A stretch of 64,000 bases of DNA. Origin: Eledone cirrhosa (Eukaryota). The stretch spans positions 36,890,001 through 36,954,000 of the forward strand of contig OZ024751.1 of assembly GCA_964016885.1 (NCBI GenBank), written 5' to 3'. The position numbers and the translations under genes were made by a program. Under the pieces are notes generated by a model, which saw only the letters and a list, made by a program, of their open reading frames with translations, was not told the origin of the DNA and made no database searches. Positions 58,923-64,000 of this stretch are shown one piece after another; within the stretch, counting starts at the first letter, position 1, and each line of letters begins with the position of its first letter.

Positions 58923-60070
58923 AATAATCGGAAATAAGATAGATTGAAGGGACGCGCGGGATGGAATTGGAAAAAATGTTTTAGATAAAAATAACAGTTC
59001 CATTCATGTTGACATCTCTATGACGATACGCATAACATCCTGCTCAAAGTCACAGCGTTTCGGCTGTTTGTGTTTTCACCGAGAATTTATATTATAAAGA
59101 TACAGTGACTAAAATCAAAGTGGAATTTAGTGAGAATTGAACCCAGAGCAGTGATGTAACAAGTCCTGTTGTATAATTGGTTTACTAACAGCGATAGCAA
59201 TAACATTGCCATCCAAACATATATCAAGAAATATAGAAGACATTAAACGAAAAACAACAGCAACAACAACACACACACACAGCCAACACCATCACACATC
59301 CCCAACAACAGCAGCCACCTAAAACAACATCAACAACAACAACAACAACAAAAACAACAACAACAACAACGACATCAGCAATAACACATATCACCATCGA
59401 CAACAATAACAACCAAAAACACCTACAAACAAACAAACAAACGAACAAACAACAAAAAAATTAGAAACTGTTTTTACCAATGTCAAACTGAGAAAGTTTA
59501 TATTTTGCGTGACAACCAAAGTTTGACTTTTAGAAGTGGTTCCAAGCTAATACGGTAGTTAAAGAAGCCATTCCTTCAAATTCCTTGATGGCAAAGAAAA
59601 CTTGATCGGTTTTGTGCCAAATTTTCAATATACACCTGACACTTATTACAGAAACCTCTCTGAGAAGTTGCGTTTTATATGATGTTAGACGAAGTTATTC
59701 ACAACATGATGTCCTACACACACACACATATTACTAATACTACTACTCTTTCTACTACTCCTGCTACTCCTACTACTACTAATAATAATAGTGACGATAA
59801 CATCAATAACATTAATAATAATAATTATTATTATTATCAATATTATAATATTAATATTAATAATAATAAAGTTAAAAGATAATCTCTTTTGATTTTAATA
59901 ATTATATTGAGAGATAGGGAGAGAACATAATATTAATTGTGTCCTAACAATCACATATACACACATATATATATATATATATTTATATACACATATACGT
60001 AGACAAAACACGCACAGATACATACACACACACACAAGTAGATGCAAGCATACACTCACACGTATACCCT

Positions 60071-60127
<57 letters not shown>

Positions 60128-60214
60128 CATATACCTGCATCAATAAGACACTTGTAAAGCAATGTCTCAAAAAAGAAGGGAACTACATATGTTTGTGTGT
60201 TTTTGTAGGAATAT

Positions 60215-60302
<88 letters not shown>

Positions 60303-60391
60303 TATATGAATATGTATATATATATATTTATACATATATATACATACATATATATATATATATACATATAGATATAGATATATAGATATAC

Positions 60392-60434
<43 letters not shown>

Positions 60435-60546
60435 CATATGTATATGTATACACACACACATATATATATATATAGAGAGATAGATATTTATACATATATA
60501 TACATATATATATATACATACACACACAACATACACACACACACAT

Positions 60547-60584
<38 letters not shown>

Positions 60585-60993
60585 TAGAACTTTCATAGCA
60601 GAAGTTACAATAATATTTTTAATAACTTAGCCCCTTGGTGACACAAACTGTGAAAGGATGCCTGCTTTTCAGCTTATACATTCACAGATTATAGAATTAT
60701 TATTATGGGTGTGGAGATTTGGTTTTTATTATACACACATGCATATGTACCCATATATACACACACGCACACTTCCACATATATACATACAAATTATCCC
60801 TTCGCACATACAGAAATATGTATATGTATATATATATATATATATACATATGTATGTATGTATGTATATATGTATATATATATAATAGCGTTCTTATTCC
60901 CTTTGAAATTCTTATATTGGCATAGTGATTTTATAATTGAAACCCATTTGCTATATTTACAGGCGTATGATTTTATGTGTTTGTGTGTGTGGG

Positions 60994-61128
<135 letters not shown>

Positions 61129-61548
61129 GCTTTGTGTGTAGAAATACGTGTGTGCACGCTTCTATTACAATCCAAACCTAGAGAAGGATTTGAAATCAAT
61201 AGAACAATATTACAGAGCAAATCTATAACTCCGATCCTTCCTTTATTCGTGGCCTACATCTGAGTCCAAGTTAAAGTCTTTAAACGGTCATTTGATATCC
61301 AAGAAATAGCAGCCAAATCTCACACGAACCACACATTAGATTCATTAATAGGATAAATCGTAACAGAAATTGTCATTTTTCACAACACATATGACTGTAC
61401 ATAGCTCCAGAATGTCCTTGCGAACTGTCTCCCCCAAAGCCCGATCACATAATTAATTCTGTTCTCTTCATTCGTATAGCATCTTCCTTTCTATCACCAG
61501 TACTATCATCATCACCATCATAATGATAATAATATTAATCATTATCAT

Positions 61549-61732
61549 GGTGAATTGGCAGTATTGGTAGAGGGTCAGACATGCTTTCCAGCGTAGTTAC
61601 GTCCCTTTACGATCTGAGTTCAAATCCCGCCGAGGTTAACTTTGCCCTTCATCCTTACGGGGTCGATAAAATAAAGTACCAGTAATACACTGGGGTAATT
61701 TCTGACCTTGTTCCAAAAGTAGAAACAATTAT
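61549..61732 (+). mobile_element. SINE family A
   Basis: ggtgaattggcagtattggtagagggtc..tctgagttcaaatcccgccgaggttaactttgcc..agtagaaacaatt. Confidence 0.88.
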
Positions 61733-62527
61733 CATCACTATTCCTGATGACAATCACCATCAATACAATTAGGAATTTTCTAGTTGCAAACCCATGGACA
61801 ATCTTGAACAAAACGGAGGTCTCAGTAGGGATGTCTTTTCATAAATCCTTTATAATAATCATAAGCGATCTTCGTCATCATCAGCGGCAAAATATGTGTT
61901 GTTTATATTCTTCTGTCCTTTTCCTTGGCTTTTGACTCTACAAAATACTCTCGGTTTTAAACGCCAGGTGGACTCTGACATAAGCTATGGTCATCTATAA
62001 GAATAAGATGCTAATCTATTCTTGCTCAAGAAATAATCTGATATGACCCATCATGGATAGATAATATAACCCATCATAGACAGAGAAGATGACCCATCAT
62101 GGACAGAGAATATGACCAGCACCTTTCTGCTGACCCACTCTTGAGTAAATACTCGAGGCAAAGAAATAAACAGACCACCAAGACAATTAAATAACAAAGA
62201 AACCAAAACCACAACAAAAAATAACAATCTAACAAGCATTATTCCATGCAGTAATAGGTCGTAAAATTCAACGTTTTGAAGAGTAACTTGAAAGCGAATA
62301 TCACTACTGGTTCTTTAACGAATGATTTCGGGAAATCAGGATCAAAGAATGTTGAATAAACACGTGAGAAGTGTTACTAGCTGAGGTTTACATATAGCAC
62401 GGACATTGGAGAGATATATTTCCTGTGTTCTTTTTGTAAATTTGAGAATACATATAGACACACACAAACACATATATATAAATATATATACATACATATT
62501 TACACGCACACACACACACATATACAT

Positions 62528-62581
<54 letters not shown>

Positions 62582-62802
62582 ATACATACAAATATATAGA
62601 CATATATTATTTATTCAAGCTAACAACTTAGAGAGAAATTCAATCTTCTGAATTGCTGTATATAAATAAATTATATTTTCTACCACATGGTTGCCATTTA
62701 TATACACCTAAATATACACCTATATTTACATCCTTTTTTTCATTATTTCTCTTTCATATCTTTTCACACCGCTCAAAAAATATGTATACATACACACATA
62801 CA

Positions 62803-62859
<57 letters not shown>

Positions 62860-62897
62860 CACCACCAACACCACCACCACCACCACTACTACTACTT

Positions 62898-62966
<69 letters not shown>

Positions 62967-63863
62967 TTGCTATTGCTATGTTTACTTATATGTGTGTGTG
63001 TTAAAATATATCGAGAGAGTGAGTGAGTGTGAAGGCACGTAGCTTTGTGGTTAGGGTATTCGGTTGAAGATATTACAATAATGATAATCCCGAAGGTCAA
63101 ATGTAGATATTCATAATTCCCAGGAAACATCAAATTTGTCAGTTTCCTTGTCAATTGCCTGTATTGGATTAGCAAAATACAAACTTTTTACCTAAGATGC
63201 TGCCTGATGACGTCGCGTTGGGGGTTGCGTAATCATAGCATCACTTACAATTTGAAATGAATAGTCTGTAGCGTATTAGTTTCAGTGCAGTCCAGTAGAA
63301 GCCTTTATCATTTCTACAGACATCTCATTTCAAAATGTTCGTACTTCTATTATAAGTATTGAGAACTATTTCTTTAATTAAAATTCAAAACTGATCCATA
63401 AGGAAAATGTTTTTAATATCCTAATTTTCCTCGGAATTTTTAATTTTTTCCCCAATTAATTAAAACTCACAGACCATATAGTTGTTGAAAATTGCATTCC
63501 CTACAAATGTTAAACATAGAAAACCCTTATGAAACACTGACTGAGCAGCAGTTGATTCGTTTTACTGAAACTTTCTTCTACGCCATTCAGTTCAATGAAC
63601 GAGAGGTCGGGAACGAGGGTTTGAACGGCAAAGCTTTACGTTCGAGGATCTGAGTAACCTCTTCTTCACCTAATATTTCTGGTATTTAATGTCTGACTGA
63701 TTATATTAATTCCATCTCTTTTGACATCTTGACTTTAACACTCCCATCTTCATGCACCCTTCTTGATACCATAACTAAAGACCCACATATCGACATACAA
63801 ATATTTGGATGTATAAATATCTATGTGCATTACACAACGATAGTTATTTACACATCGAAATCA

Positions 63864-63967
<104 letters not shown>

Positions 63968-64000
63968 GTCTGTGTGTGTATGTGTGTGTCTGTGTGTTTG

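Noticed and set aside
63197-63242. gctgc-CTGATGA..gtaatcata-gcatc
   Set aside because: The GAAA core is missing and helix II is weak, so it is likely coincidental.

Overview
AT-rich, microsatellite-saturated eukaryotic non-coding DNA. The SINE families and the (TA)n/(CA)n/(GA)n load suggest an octopod (Octopus-like) genome, which is an inference from repeat recognition. I find no supportable host protein-coding gene, and nearly all ORF-track entries are translations of simple repeats. Recognisable mobile DNA comprises about 18 copies or fragments of one tRNA-derived SINE, several copies of a second tRNA-derived SINE, a composite mariner remnant with three TIRs (10624-11020) and the 3' end of a CR1/L2-type LINE (19478-19790, minus). 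The most notable signal is about 11 type-I hammerhead ribozyme motifs (CUGANGA...GAAA...UH with closable helices, mostly with a short palindromic helix III) from sequence-unrelated families. Most sit in short inserts inside or next to (TA)n microsatellites. Several inserts share one architecture: (TA)n - unique tail - inverted arm - hammerhead or hammerhead piece - inverted arm - (TA)n. One example is a 246-bp near-perfect palindrome carrying an intact hammerhead on each strand. This matches the termini of Penelope-like retroelements or non-autonomous retrozyme-like derivatives. No Penelope RT/GIY-YIG ORF is visible in the window. Folds were paired by eye, and ribozyme activity is untested.
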